Source: Terriglobia bacterium (GTDB lineage: Bacteria; Acidobacteriota; Terriglobia; Bryobacterales; UBA6623). From it: DNA of 64,000 nucleotides. The translations under genes and the position numbers were made by a program. The notes beneath the pieces were generated by a model. That model did not search any database, was not told the DNA's origin, and saw only the letters and a list, made by a program, of their open reading frames with translations. The first letter of the stretch is position 1, and each line of letters opens with the position of its first letter. Below are positions 48,183-57,456 of the stretch, one piece after another. The stretch spans positions 117,749 to 181,748 of the forward strand of contig VXRL01000040.1 of the NCBI GenBank assembly GCA_009838515.1, written 5' to 3'.

Positions 48183-49664
48183 TCACGCCTCGGCGAACAG
48201 CTGCCCCAGCCGTTCCACCTCTGCTGGCTTACTGTCGGCGATGTTCTCCCGCTCGTGCGGATCTGCCTCGCGGTCAAAGAGTTCGCGGCGATTTCGAAAG
48301 CCCTCGACGAGTTTGTACCGATGATCCTGCACCATGCGAAACCGCCCCGCATGTGCTCGCTCCACCTTGAGCGCGGAGCGCGCGAAGTCGCGGTGCTGGC
48401 CGCCCCCTTGGTCCAGCACACTCCGCAAAGAGCGACTCTCCATCTCGGGCGGCACAGCTAGCTCGGCCATGTCGATGAAGGTAGCAGCCAAGTCCATCAG
48501 GCTGACCAGAGCGTCGCTTGCCTGCCCCTGCGCGATGCCCGGGCCGGCCATCACTAGCGGCACTCCCGCCGAGGCCTGAAACGGTAGGCTCTTTCCCCAG
48601 AGCGATTTGTCGCCCAGCATCTCTCCGTGATCACTGGAGTAGACGACGACCGTGTTGTCTAGATCGCCGCGCTCGCGCAAGCGCTCTTGGAATGTACCCA
48701 GCCAGCCGTCGATATTCTCCACCATCGCAGAGTAGTTCTGGCGGATGAGCACGTGCTGATCGAACGGGAACGGGCCGTAGTAGTCCCTGGGCTGCGGGAA
48801 GTCCTCGATGACCCGATCAGGCCCGCGGTACTTCCGCTCCATGCTGGCAGTGATGTCCATCGGAGGATGCGGGCCATTGAAGTTCACCACCAAGAACCAA
48901 GGCGCCTCGTCAGGAGCCCTGCCCAGCAGCCTGAGACCCTCCCTAGCAGTGAAATTGTCGAGGTAGTGCTCGTCGTCCAAGGGGCACGGCTCGGTCATGC
49001 CCCACCAGTTCTCTTCGCGAGGCTCAGCCCGGCGCTGGATGTCATCGGCGCAGATGCGGTCCAGCGGAGGATCCAGCTCGGATAGGTACGCGTAGTAGGG
49101 TTCCTTCGGCCCGACGGTCCCTCCGAAGTAGCCCCCGCCCTTTCCCGCCGTGATCTGCATGTCTGAGAAGCCCCACTCGTCCATGTTCTTCTTGCCATCG
49201 AGCGTGCGCCCTTGGGCTCCCTTGTGCAGGTCGATTTTTCCGGTTGCCATCGTGCGATAGCCGCTCTCGCGCAAGTGTTTGTAGAACGTGGTGATGGCCG
49301 GATCGTAGGGATCCCGGTTAACCTCCACCCCGCAGTTTTCGTACTCCATGCCTGACGCGAGGCACGAGCGCGACGGGCCGCATACCGGCGAAGCCACGAT
49401 GGCTTGGGTGAAGTCAACACCGCGACCGGCGAGGCTGTCGATGTTGGGGGTGGGCACGGGAATTTCCGGATTTCGTCCGAGCCAGTCCGACCGGTGCTGG
49501 TCCGAGAGCAGGAACAGGAAGTTCGGGCGCTTCGCGGCGCGCGGCCCAGGGAGCGAGTCGGCGCACGCTCCGAACGAGACGGCTGCGGCAGTCGCAGTCG
49601 CAAGCACCTCTCTTCTCGAGACCAACGAATTGCCCGAATGCATGAGCGTCCCCCTGTGGCTCAC
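48183..49664 (-). CDS. Sulfatase (Tat-like signal)
   Basis: 493 aa. Motifs are SRREVLATATAAAVSFGA, PNFLFLLSDQHR and the FGly motif CGPSRSCLASG. Alternative start ATG at 49643. Confidence 0.9.
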   Translation of the reverse strand: MSHRGTLMHSGNSLVSRREVLATATAAAVSFGACADSLPGPRAAKRPNFLFLLSDQHRSDWLGRNPEIPVPTPNIDSLAGRGVDFTQAIVASPVCGPSRSCLASGMEYENCGVEVNRDPYDPAITTFYKHLRESGYRTMATGKIDLHKGAQGRTLDGKKNMDEWGFSDMQITAGKGGGYFGGTVGPKEPYYAYLSELDPPLDRICADDIQRRAEPREENWWGMTEPCPLDDEHYLDNFTAREGLRLLGRAPDEAPWFLVVNFNGPHPPMDITASMERKYRGPDRVIEDFPQPRDYYGPFPFDQHVLIRQNYSAMVENIDGWLGTFQERLRERGDLDNTVVVYSSDHGEMLGDKSLWGKSLPFQASAGVPLVMAGPGIAQGQASDALVSLMDLAATFIDMAELAVPPEMESRSLRSVLDQGGGQHRDFARSALKVERAHAGRFRMVQDHRYKLVEGFRNRRELFDREADPHERENIADSKPAEVERLGQLFAEA

Positions 49665-50032
49665 AGATAGTTCCGGAAGCCCGGTAGCGAAGATTGTACG
49701 GCAGAGAACGGGTGCACGGCGGTACTGAAGACCTCCCGATCAAGCTCCGCCGGATGCCTACGGCAGGGACGGGCCCGAGGGATCAATCTACCCGAACTCC
49801 TCCGCCACAACGTCTCGGGAATCTTGCTGTCTGGTCGTTCCGACTCGAAATCTTCTTGCGCGTAGAGAACTTGGCGGGAATCATGCCCGCGTCCGCGTCT
49901 TCCAGGGCGCAAGCGGGACCGCATAGCTCATCGACGGGCCCGCCTACTTGCAGTCTGGGACTTGCGAGAGTTTCCCAAGGGGAATAAAATCTTCCCGAGA
50001 GGACCAATCCTCCAATTCCCCGGGAACCCGTC

Positions 50033-51010
50033 ATGCGAATTCTCCTGCTTGTTCTAACCGCCGTCGGCCTGTGCATCGCTTGGCAATGCACTGCCCCTCC
50101 AGTGGTCGAGATCGTGTCCGAGACCGAGACGCTCAAACTAGTCAAGGACGGCATCTGGTTTCGCATGGGTGAGCGAGATCAGGGGCATTGCAACAACGTG
50201 GTGATCGACATCGGCGATGGCCTGCTGGTCGTAGACGCGAACTTTCCCAGCGGTGCCAAAGCACTCATGAAGGACATCCAGCAGGTGAGCGAGAAGCCCG
50301 TCCGCTACGTCTTTGACACCCACCACCACGGCGATCACGCTTACGCCAACGCAGTGTGGACGCGCCAAGGCGCGACGACATTGGCGTACATCGGCGTGGC
50401 CGAGGAGATGAAGCGCTACGAGCCCGCCGGGTGGCAGGCTGCCGCCGAGGCTCGTCCCGACGTAGCGGCAGTTGGCGCCGACACCGTAGAACCCCCGATG
50501 GAAACCTTTGAAGTCGTTCCACATACGCTCGAGGGTGCCAGCCGCAAGGTCGAGTTCCACCATTTCGGGTGGGCCCACACACGCGGAGACGGAATGGTCT
50601 TCCTGCCAGACGACGGCATCCTGTGCACAGGCGACGCGATCGTCAACGGCCCGTACAACTTCACCGGGCACTCCAACACCGGCAACTGGCCCAACGTGGT
50701 CAAGCAAGCGGAGGCGCTCCAGCCCGCCACCATCCTTCCCGGGCACGGCCCCAGCGGCGGATCGGAGATCGCCGCGGGCCAGCGGCAGTTCTTCGAGGAG
50801 CTCAATGCGGCAGTCGAAGCCGCGTTCGCCGACGGAAAGTCCCTCGAGGATGTCGTCACGGTAGAAGACGGTGCCGGAGCCGATACCACCATCGAACTCT
50901 CGGACGAAGTCAGCAACTGGGTGGCGGACCGCTTCGCCGAACAGGTCCGCGTACGCTATGCCGAGCTAGCCGAAGGCACGCCACACGGCGAGATCGTGGG
51001 CGGGCCCTAG
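50033..51010 (+). CDS. Secreted MBL-fold metallo-hydrolase
   Basis: 325 aa with a signal peptide. Motifs are DTHHHGDH (HxHxDH), a downstream H (HFGWAHTRGD) and GHG. Confidence 0.85.
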   Translation: MRILLLVLTAVGLCIAWQCTAPPVVEIVSETETLKLVKDGIWFRMGERDQGHCNNVVIDIGDGLLVVDANFPSGAKALMKDIQQVSEKPVRYVFDTHHHGDHAYANAVWTRQGATTLAYIGVAEEMKRYEPAGWQAAAEARPDVAAVGADTVEPPMETFEVVPHTLEGASRKVEFHHFGWAHTRGDGMVFLPDDGILCTGDAIVNGPYNFTGHSNTGNWPNVVKQAEALQPATILPGHGPSGGSEIAAGQRQFFEELNAAVEAAFADGKSLEDVVTVEDGAGADTTIELSDEVSNWVADRFAEQVRVRYAELAEGTPHGEIVGGP

Positions 51011-51058
51011 AGGGCGAATTCTCTACGGCAGGCGCAGGCAAGCATTCGCGATCCAAGC

Positions 51059-52567
51059 ATGCTGAACAAGAGGATTGGCCCGCTCCGGTCTCTGATAGCC
51101 CTATCAGTGGTCTTCGCCGGGGCGCATGGCTGCGCCGAAGAGACGGACTTGACGCGCCCACCGAACGTCATCTTCATTCTTGCTGATGACCTCGGCTGGG
51201 CTGACACTGGCGTCTACGGCAGCCAGTTCTTCGAAACTCCCCACATCGATGCGCTCGCCCAGCGCGGCATGACCTTTACCAATGCGTACGCCGCCGCGGC
51301 AATCTGCTCGCCCACACGCGCAAGCATCCTCACTGGCCTGCACCCGGCCCGCATCGGGATCACTACCGCCGCGGGTCATCTCGAGCGCGAAGTCTTGGAA
51401 AAGAGCCTCCGCCCCCGTGCTTCAGAGAACCAACCGGCTCTCAGCGCCAACAGTTTGACTCGACTCAGCGTCGACTACTTCACCCTAGCGGAGGCACTCG
51501 GGATGGCAGGCTACCGCACGGCGCACTTCGGCAAGTGGCATCTCGGTCGGGAGCCCTTCGACGCCTTGAACCAAGGATTCGAGATCGACTTGCCCCACAC
51601 GCCCGGACCGGGCCCATCCGGCGGCTATCTCGGACCTTGGAGCTTTTGGCCCGGAGCGGGATCTGAGGGCGAGCACATTGAAGACCGGATGGCGACCGAG
51701 GCTGCGGAGTTCATCCGTCAGAACAGCGGCCGACCGTTCTTCCTCAACTACTGGTGCTTTTCCGTGCATGCTCCGATTCAAGGCAAGCCGGACCTCGTGG
51801 AAAAGTACCGAGCCAAAGCCGACCCGAGCATGGCCCAGCGCAATCCGATCATGGGTGCAATGGTTGAGAGCTTGGATGACGCGGTGGGCTCGCTGCTTGG
51901 AGTGGTCGACGAGTTGGACATCGCCAACAACACGATCATCGTGTTCTTTTCAGACAACGGCGGCATGGTCCATCGCCTCAATGCGGGAGTGCCGGTGACA
52001 AGCAACGCGCCGCTGCGCAGCGGCAAGTCCTCGATCTACGAAGGCGGCGTCCGCGAACCCCTGATCATCGCCTGGCCGCCGTTGGTCGAGGCAGGCTCCC
52101 GAACCGAAGAGATCGTGCAAAGCATCGACTTCTTCCCGACCCTTCTGGAGTTGACGGGAGTGCCGCGACGGGAGGGACAGTCATTCGACGGCGTGAGCAT
52201 CGTGCCGGCACTCGGTGGCGAGCCGCTCGAGCGCGAGGCGATCTTCGTGCATAGCCCGCACTACACGCCGGCCACGCTCCACAGGCCCAGCACCTCAGTG
52301 CGCCGCGGAAATTGGAAGCTGATCCGCTTCCACTGCGACGGCCCGGGCCAACACGACCGCCACGAACTCTACAACCTCGCTGAGGATGTCGGCGAACAGG
52401 TAGACCTATCCGGACAACAGCCATCTATCGTCAGCGAGTTGAGCGCGCTGCTTGATCACTTTCTGACAGATACCGGAGCGGTGGTGCCCCAACCTAACCC
52501 ACGATATCGTCCCGGAGCCAACCCATTCCCTAATGGCCCGGCCCTAAGGGACGATGGCCCGGCATAG
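51059..52567 (+). CDS. Sulfatase
   Basis: 502 aa with a signal peptide. Motifs are PNVIFILADDLGWAD and the FGly motif CSPTRASILTG. Confidence 0.9.
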   Translation: MLNKRIGPLRSLIALSVVFAGAHGCAEETDLTRPPNVIFILADDLGWADTGVYGSQFFETPHIDALAQRGMTFTNAYAAAAICSPTRASILTGLHPARIGITTAAGHLEREVLEKSLRPRASENQPALSANSLTRLSVDYFTLAEALGMAGYRTAHFGKWHLGREPFDALNQGFEIDLPHTPGPGPSGGYLGPWSFWPGAGSEGEHIEDRMATEAAEFIRQNSGRPFFLNYWCFSVHAPIQGKPDLVEKYRAKADPSMAQRNPIMGAMVESLDDAVGSLLGVVDELDIANNTIIVFFSDNGGMVHRLNAGVPVTSNAPLRSGKSSIYEGGVREPLIIAWPPLVEAGSRTEEIVQSIDFFPTLLELTGVPRREGQSFDGVSIVPALGGEPLEREAIFVHSPHYTPATLHRPSTSVRRGNWKLIRFHCDGPGQHDRHELYNLAEDVGEQVDLSGQQPSIVSELSALLDHFLTDTGAVVPQPNPRYRPGANPFPNGPALRDDGPA

Positions 52568-52574
52568 CGCCGCG

Positions 52575-53513
52575 CTACACATTGGGCCTTGGTAGTCCTG
52601 CCTCTTCAAATGCTGCAGCCATCCGTTCGTAGCACAGATTCGCCGTGGCAATCGGCTCAAAGTCCGAAAGCCTGTGGATCTGTGCGCTGACCTCGACGGT
52701 CGCATACCCCTCGTAGCCCAAGTCGCCCAGCTGCCGGAACATCTCGACGTAGTCGGTCGGGCCATCGCCGGGCAGCAGGAACTCGTGCTTGGCAGGCGTT
52801 CTCCTCGCATCCTTGAGATGGATGTAGGGGCTGACGGGGATCAGCGCCTGCAGCGATGGCACCAGCTCGTGCCCTGCAAGCCAGAGGTGGCTGTAGTCGT
52901 AGGTGCAGCGAAAGTGCCGACTGCCTACTTGCTCGACCAGCCACAGGCTCCGTTCGACATTGTTCACAGCATCGCCCACATGGGGCTTGAAGCAGATTAC
53001 GGTGCCGCCATCTCCGGCCTCGCGAGTCAGTTCGCCGATTTCATCGACCATCTGGTTCTTGACCGCTTCCCACTCTCCGGGCTCACGCCCCAAGACGGTC
53101 TCGAAGATGGGCGGCTTTCCCGGCACGATATCGTTTCCGAGGTCGATTGCGCGGCGTAAGCGATCCACGTTCTGGGCACGCGTCTGCACCGGATCCATGA
53201 GTTGGAGGTTGTCAAGGAGTGCCGGCAGGGCAAGTCCCAGATCGGCGAGCATTCCCCGCAGCCGACCGCGATCGCCTCTGGTGAGCTGCCGGGGCGCTGT
53301 CGGCCAATCCGGCATCACCGCGAGTTCGACCCCGTCATAGCCGGTGCGGCCGATCAATTCCAGCGAGTCCTCCCACCTGAGCATCCACAGCGCATAAGTG
53401 CCGAAGCTCAGCCCGACGGGCTTGCGTGCCGCCGCAGCACCCGCGACGCCAGCGAGGCCAGCGACGAATCCGCGTCGAGTCAACGCCGGATCTTGGAAGA
53501 CGGCGCAGTGCAT
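52575..53513 (-). CDS. Tat-signal xylose-isomerase-like TIM-barrel protein
   Basis: 312 aa. LTRRGFVAGLAGVAGAAAA is a Tat signal. GYDGVEL, CFKPHVGD and YIHLKD match the family. Confidence 0.8.
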   Translation of the reverse strand: MHCAVFQDPALTRRGFVAGLAGVAGAAAARKPVGLSFGTYALWMLRWEDSLELIGRTGYDGVELAVMPDWPTAPRQLTRGDRGRLRGMLADLGLALPALLDNLQLMDPVQTRAQNVDRLRRAIDLGNDIVPGKPPIFETVLGREPGEWEAVKNQMVDEIGELTREAGDGGTVICFKPHVGDAVNNVERSLWLVEQVGSRHFRCTYDYSHLWLAGHELVPSLQALIPVSPYIHLKDARRTPAKHEFLLPGDGPTDYVEMFRQLGDLGYEGYATVEVSAQIHRLSDFEPIATANLCYERMAAAFEEAGLPRPNV

Positions 53514-53574
53514 GGTCGGGCCGCTCGATACCGATCCGCCGCGCTCATTCGGACCCGCTTGCCGGTGTCAGGAC

Positions 53575-54543
53575 TCAACCGCCGACGTAGGTTGGGCGGG
53601 CAGAGGCTTGGCTCAGGTCGCGCTTCCAGTCCTCCAAGCCAGCGCCGGCGATCCGCTTGGCGCGCTCCCTAATCGCGGTGAGCTGCTTGTCGTCATACTG
53701 CGCGAACTCGCGGGCGATGCGCACATCATCCTCGATCTGCCCGATGGTGGTGCAGCCAACGGCCAAGCAATGAACGGGCAGACTCAGAACGTACTGGATG
53801 CACTGGCGGACGCTGAGTGACTGCAGCAACTTGGCATTCGCCAGTCCCTTCATCCCCTGAATGCCCAAGCCTCGCTTGCGTGCCTCGGGCAGGACGATCT
53901 GCTCGAAACTCAGGTACGAAGGGTCAGCCGGATGCAATGGCATCAGGATCGTGTCGTAGCCGTCGTACCGTTCCAGCATCGCCATATGCACATGGGGGTC
54001 GCGGTGGCCAGTGAAACCGATGAACCGGCACTTGCCCGCCCGCTTGGCCGCCTCGAACGCCTCGATGGCACCGCCGGGGCCGAAGATCCGATCGACTTCG
54101 TCCATCTCGCCGACAGCGTGGATCTGCCACAGATCCACGTAGTCCGTCTTTAGGCGCTTGAGGGAAAGATCCAGCTCCTTCGCAGCCCCGTCACGCGTCC
54201 GATCCGTGCTCTTGGTGGTGATGAAGACATCCTTGCGGACCGCCGGCAGCACCTCCCCAAACACCTCTTCGGAGCGTCCGCTCCAATAGCTGTGAGCGTT
54301 GTCGAAGTAGTTGATGCCCAGATCGTAGGCGCGGCGGGTGATGGCCTTGGCCTCTTCGAAGGAACACAGCGGAAAGCGTCCTCCCGCCTGTCCGATCACG
54401 GTCAGACTCTCCCCCGTACGGCCGAATGCGCGCGTAGGAACGTCTCCGCGCTGGCCGGCCGATGCGGTCGTTGCGAGAGCGGCTCCGGATGCACCGGCTA
54501 GAAACGTTCGTCGATCCATGGCTGTCTGCTCCGGCCCGATCAT
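53575..54543 (-). CDS. Tat-signal aldo/keto reductase
   Basis: 322 aa. MDRRTFLAGASGAALATTASA is a Tat signal. GINYFDNAHSYWSGRSEEVFG, YVDLWQIH and FIGFTGH are AKR signatures. Confidence 0.85.
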   Translation of the reverse strand: MIGPEQTAMDRRTFLAGASGAALATTASAGQRGDVPTRAFGRTGESLTVIGQAGGRFPLCSFEEAKAITRRAYDLGINYFDNAHSYWSGRSEEVFGEVLPAVRKDVFITTKSTDRTRDGAAKELDLSLKRLKTDYVDLWQIHAVGEMDEVDRIFGPGGAIEAFEAAKRAGKCRFIGFTGHRDPHVHMAMLERYDGYDTILMPLHPADPSYLSFEQIVLPEARKRGLGIQGMKGLANAKLLQSLSVRQCIQYVLSLPVHCLAVGCTTIGQIEDDVRIAREFAQYDDKQLTAIRERAKRIAGAGLEDWKRDLSQASARPTYVGG

Positions 54544-54709
54544 ACCATCTAGCCGTGTGCGCCGAGCGCGTTGACGAAGACGGCGTGGAGACTGGCCAGG
54601 TCAGACTGGAACGCCCGGCCAGGAAGTTGGCCCGCAGCTACCGGCTGCCGGAAGATGCAGACGACTCACGCCGGGAATCTTCCGGCAGCGGGCGCAGCGG
54701 CCTTCGCCG

Positions 54710-56023
54710 TCAATCTTCCAGCTGCTCGCCCGGCTCGGGCAGCCAGAAGCTGGTGATGAAGCCGATCGCGTAGACTGCGGTGCCCACCACCCCCGCCGCG
54801 AAGGCCAGCTTGACGAATTCGTCGCCTCCGGGAGCGATAGTCGCGAGCTGGGTCGTCAGAAGCGCCGCAAACGTACCAAGCATGCGGCCGCCGATGTTCG
54901 CCGCAAAGGACTCGCCAGTTCCGCGCAACCTAGTCGGATATACCCGAGGCAGGTAGTTCCCCCAGAAGCTGAACTGCGCAACCGTCACCAAGCCGGCCAC
55001 GAACATGCCGACCTGGAGCATCACTAGGTTGTTCGTGGCCGCATAGAAGAACACGAGCGGAAATGCGATCAGACCGGCGATCTGAAATCCCCGCAGCAGA
55101 CGGCCTCGTGCCACGATCATGACCACCAAGATCGCCAGCAGCACGCGCCCTGCTACACCGCCGACCTCCTGAATGGCTTGCACCTGGCTCACAGTCTGCT
55201 CTTGCAGCAAGCGAGTGGCGTCCCCCACCAGCCCGGGGACGATGCGAGGCACGTGCTGTATGGCTCCGAAGGCCGCCCCGTAGCTGCACGCCACCAGAAT
55301 GGTCGTCACGACGGTCGTTCGGAAATAGCGCGGCTGGAAGATTTCCCCGATGCTGGGCCGCCGCAGCGCGCCCTCGGCCCGCTTCTTCTCCCACATAGGC
55401 GATTCGGGCAGGAACGGCCGGATGATCATCAGCGGAATCGCCGGGATCAGGCCCGAGATCAGGGTGTAGCGCCATGCCTCGTGGCCGCCGTAGATCTCCG
55501 GGAACGAAGAACCGTACGTGACAGCCAGATAGTAGGCCCCCGTGACCAGGATTCCGCCCACCGAGCTGAACGCTTGCGTCCAGCCGAGCACGGCTTCGCG
55601 CTGCTTTTGGTCCGCGAACAGCTCGGCTAGCCAGGCGATAGCCGCCACGAACTCGACCGACACGCCGATAAACGTCGTGCAGCGGAAGAAGAGCAGCATC
55701 TCGGGGCTGGTCGAAAACCCGGCCGCGAAGGCCGAGAAGCCGTACAGCAGGATGCTCCAAACCAGCACGCGGCGGCGGCCCAGCTTGTCGGTCAGCCAAC
55801 CGCCTAGCAGCCCGAATATTCCGCCGAAGACGGCCGGGGCGTAAAACAGCAGGCCGACCCAGAAGTTGAAGGCCGGCGAGCCGGGCGGGGCGTCTGCCAA
55901 TTCCAGCAAGGCGGGCCGCACGATGAGCGGCAGCATCAACAGCTCGTAGATGTCGAATGCGAATCCCAGAGCGGCGACGAAACAGATCAGCCACTGCGTC
56001 CGGGTCAGGCTCGGGAGGTTCAT
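54710..56023 (-). CDS. MFS transporter
   Basis: 437 aa with 12 hydrophobic segments. GWLTDKLGRRR is the MFS loop 2-3 motif. ORF 54930..55994(-) is an alternative-frame artefact. Confidence 0.9.
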   Translation of the reverse strand: MNLPSLTRTQWLICFVAALGFAFDIYELLMLPLIVRPALLELADAPPGSPAFNFWVGLLFYAPAVFGGIFGLLGGWLTDKLGRRRVLVWSILLYGFSAFAAGFSTSPEMLLFFRCTTFIGVSVEFVAAIAWLAELFADQKQREAVLGWTQAFSSVGGILVTGAYYLAVTYGSSFPEIYGGHEAWRYTLISGLIPAIPLMIIRPFLPESPMWEKKRAEGALRRPSIGEIFQPRYFRTTVVTTILVACSYGAAFGAIQHVPRIVPGLVGDATRLLQEQTVSQVQAIQEVGGVAGRVLLAILVVMIVARGRLLRGFQIAGLIAFPLVFFYAATNNLVMLQVGMFVAGLVTVAQFSFWGNYLPRVYPTRLRGTGESFAANIGGRMLGTFAALLTTQLATIAPGGDEFVKLAFAAGVVGTAVYAIGFITSFWLPEPGEQLED

Positions 56024-56067
56024 TGCGCTATAGCCTACACCCTATGTCCGAGGAAGTGCCCCGCCGG

Positions 56068-56541
56068 CTAGAGGACCAAGTCGTCGGCGCGCATGCCGCC
56101 GCAGCCGCCCTCTTTGAACGGCCTTGGACACTGGCCGGTGTAGCAGCCCGAGCCGCTGAATCCGTCGGGAGGCTTGGGGCCGATGAACGCGATCCACTCC
56201 TGCACCTTGGAACGCACCTGATCCGCAGACGCATTCTGCTTGGCAATCATGTATTGGCTCAAACCCCAGATCGTGCGGGAGATGTTGCAAGGGCAGCAGC
56301 AAGTGTAGGCGCTGTTGTCGGAGCAGCAGGGGGCGGGGATATTGCCCAGTGCCGCTTTCTTGACAGCCTCTTGCGAGTCGGTGAGCGGGATTTCCTCATA
56401 CCAGCGCATGAATTGCCTAGATTGGGCCTCGACATCGCGGAACTCGATCTCGGCGGCCCACAGCGCATCGCTGGTGGCAGCGAATAGGCCAGCTCCTGCA
56501 AACAGCCAGAATTCTCTCCTGCGCAGCTTCACTTTGATCAT
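56068..56541 (-). CDS. Tat-signal cysteine-rich small protein (distantly PCYCGC-like), function unknown
   Basis: ORF 56068..56631. The ATG at 56541 gives MIKVKLRRREFWLFAGAGLFAATSDALWA (RR motif, AxA site). The mature part has 9 Cys in two clusters: CC-x7-CCC-x-C (PCCSDNSAYTCCCPCN) and C-x4-C-x8-C (GCYTGQCPRPFKEGGCGG). Confidence 0.65.
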   Translation of the reverse strand: MIKVKLRRREFWLFAGAGLFAATSDALWAAEIEFRDVEAQSRQFMRWYEEIPLTDSQEAVKKAALGNIPAPCCSDNSAYTCCCPCNISRTIWGLSQYMIAKQNASADQVRSKVQEWIAFIGPKPPDGFSGSGCYTGQCPRPFKEGGCGGMRADDLVL

Positions 56542-56678
56542 CCTAACGCACCTGACGGACCCGGTCCCTGTAGCGGGAAGGTTCGCCGCGCACGACGCAG
56601 CGGCCATCCGAAGAGCGGATGAACCACGCACTTCCCCGCCACATCTCTGGACAGGTATGCTCGTTGCTGGTACGACTC

Positions 56679-57446
56679 ATGACAGCGACAGCAACATCCA
56701 AGACACGCGTCGCCGTGGTAACCGGCGCAGGGAGCGGAGTGGGCCGACACAGCGCCCTGGCACTGCTCGGTGACGGATATCGCGTCGCCCTGCTCGGGCG
56801 ACGCCACGCCGCACTTGACGAGACCGCCGCTCTCGCCGAGGACAGCAGGCGGTCCCTTGCCATCCCAACTGATGTCGCAAGCGAGGCCTCGGTCCGGTCC
56901 GCTTTCGAGCAGATTCTGGAGCGGTTTGGCCGCATCGACCTGCTCTTCAACAACGCAGGAGGCAATGCCCCGCCCGTGCCACTAGAGGATCTGACGTTGG
57001 AGCAATGGGAGGGAGTCGTTGACGTCAACCTCACAGGAATGTTCCTCTGCACCCGCGAGGCCATGCGCATCATGAAGGCACAGAGCCCGCGCGGCGGTCG
57101 AGTCATCAACAACGGCTCGGTATCTGCCCAGACGCCCCGCCCGCACTCGGCAGCATACACCGCTACCAAGCATGCCGTCACCGGCTTCACGAAATCCGTC
57201 GCCTTGGACGGCCGCGCGTTCGACATCGCCTGCGGACAGATCGACATCGGCAACGCCGGCACTCCGATGACCGCGAGGATGTCGCGCGGGGTCTTGCAAG
57301 CCAACTTCGAGCTGGCGCCCGAGCCGACGATCGATGTCGATCACGTGGCGCGCGCCGTGCTGTACATGGCCAACCTGCCCCTTGACGCCAACGTGCTCAC
57401 GATGACTGTGATGGCGACTCAGATGCCGCTTGTCGGAAGAGGTTAG
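56679..57446 (+). CDS. SDR-family oxidoreductase
   Basis: ORF 56619..57446. The ATG at 56679 gives [23 protein letters not shown] (TGxxxGxG). Motifs are NNAG and YTATK (YxxxK). Confidence 0.9.
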   Translation: MTATATSKTRVAVVTGAGSGVGRHSALALLGDGYRVALLGRRHAALDETAALAEDSRRSLAIPTDVASEASVRSAFEQILERFGRIDLLFNNAGGNAPPVPLEDLTLEQWEGVVDVNLTGMFLCTREAMRIMKAQSPRGGRVINNGSVSAQTPRPHSAAYTATKHAVTGFTKSVALDGRAFDIACGQIDIGNAGTPMTARMSRGVLQANFELAPEPTIDVDHVARAVLYMANLPLDANVLTMTVMATQMPLVGRG

Positions 57447-57456
57447 GAACCGGTCG

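Noticed and set aside
54930-57304. ORFs 54930..55994(-) and 56543..57304(-)
   Set aside because: The first is an alternative frame of the MFS gene and the second is antisense to the SDR gene. Both are compositional artefacts.
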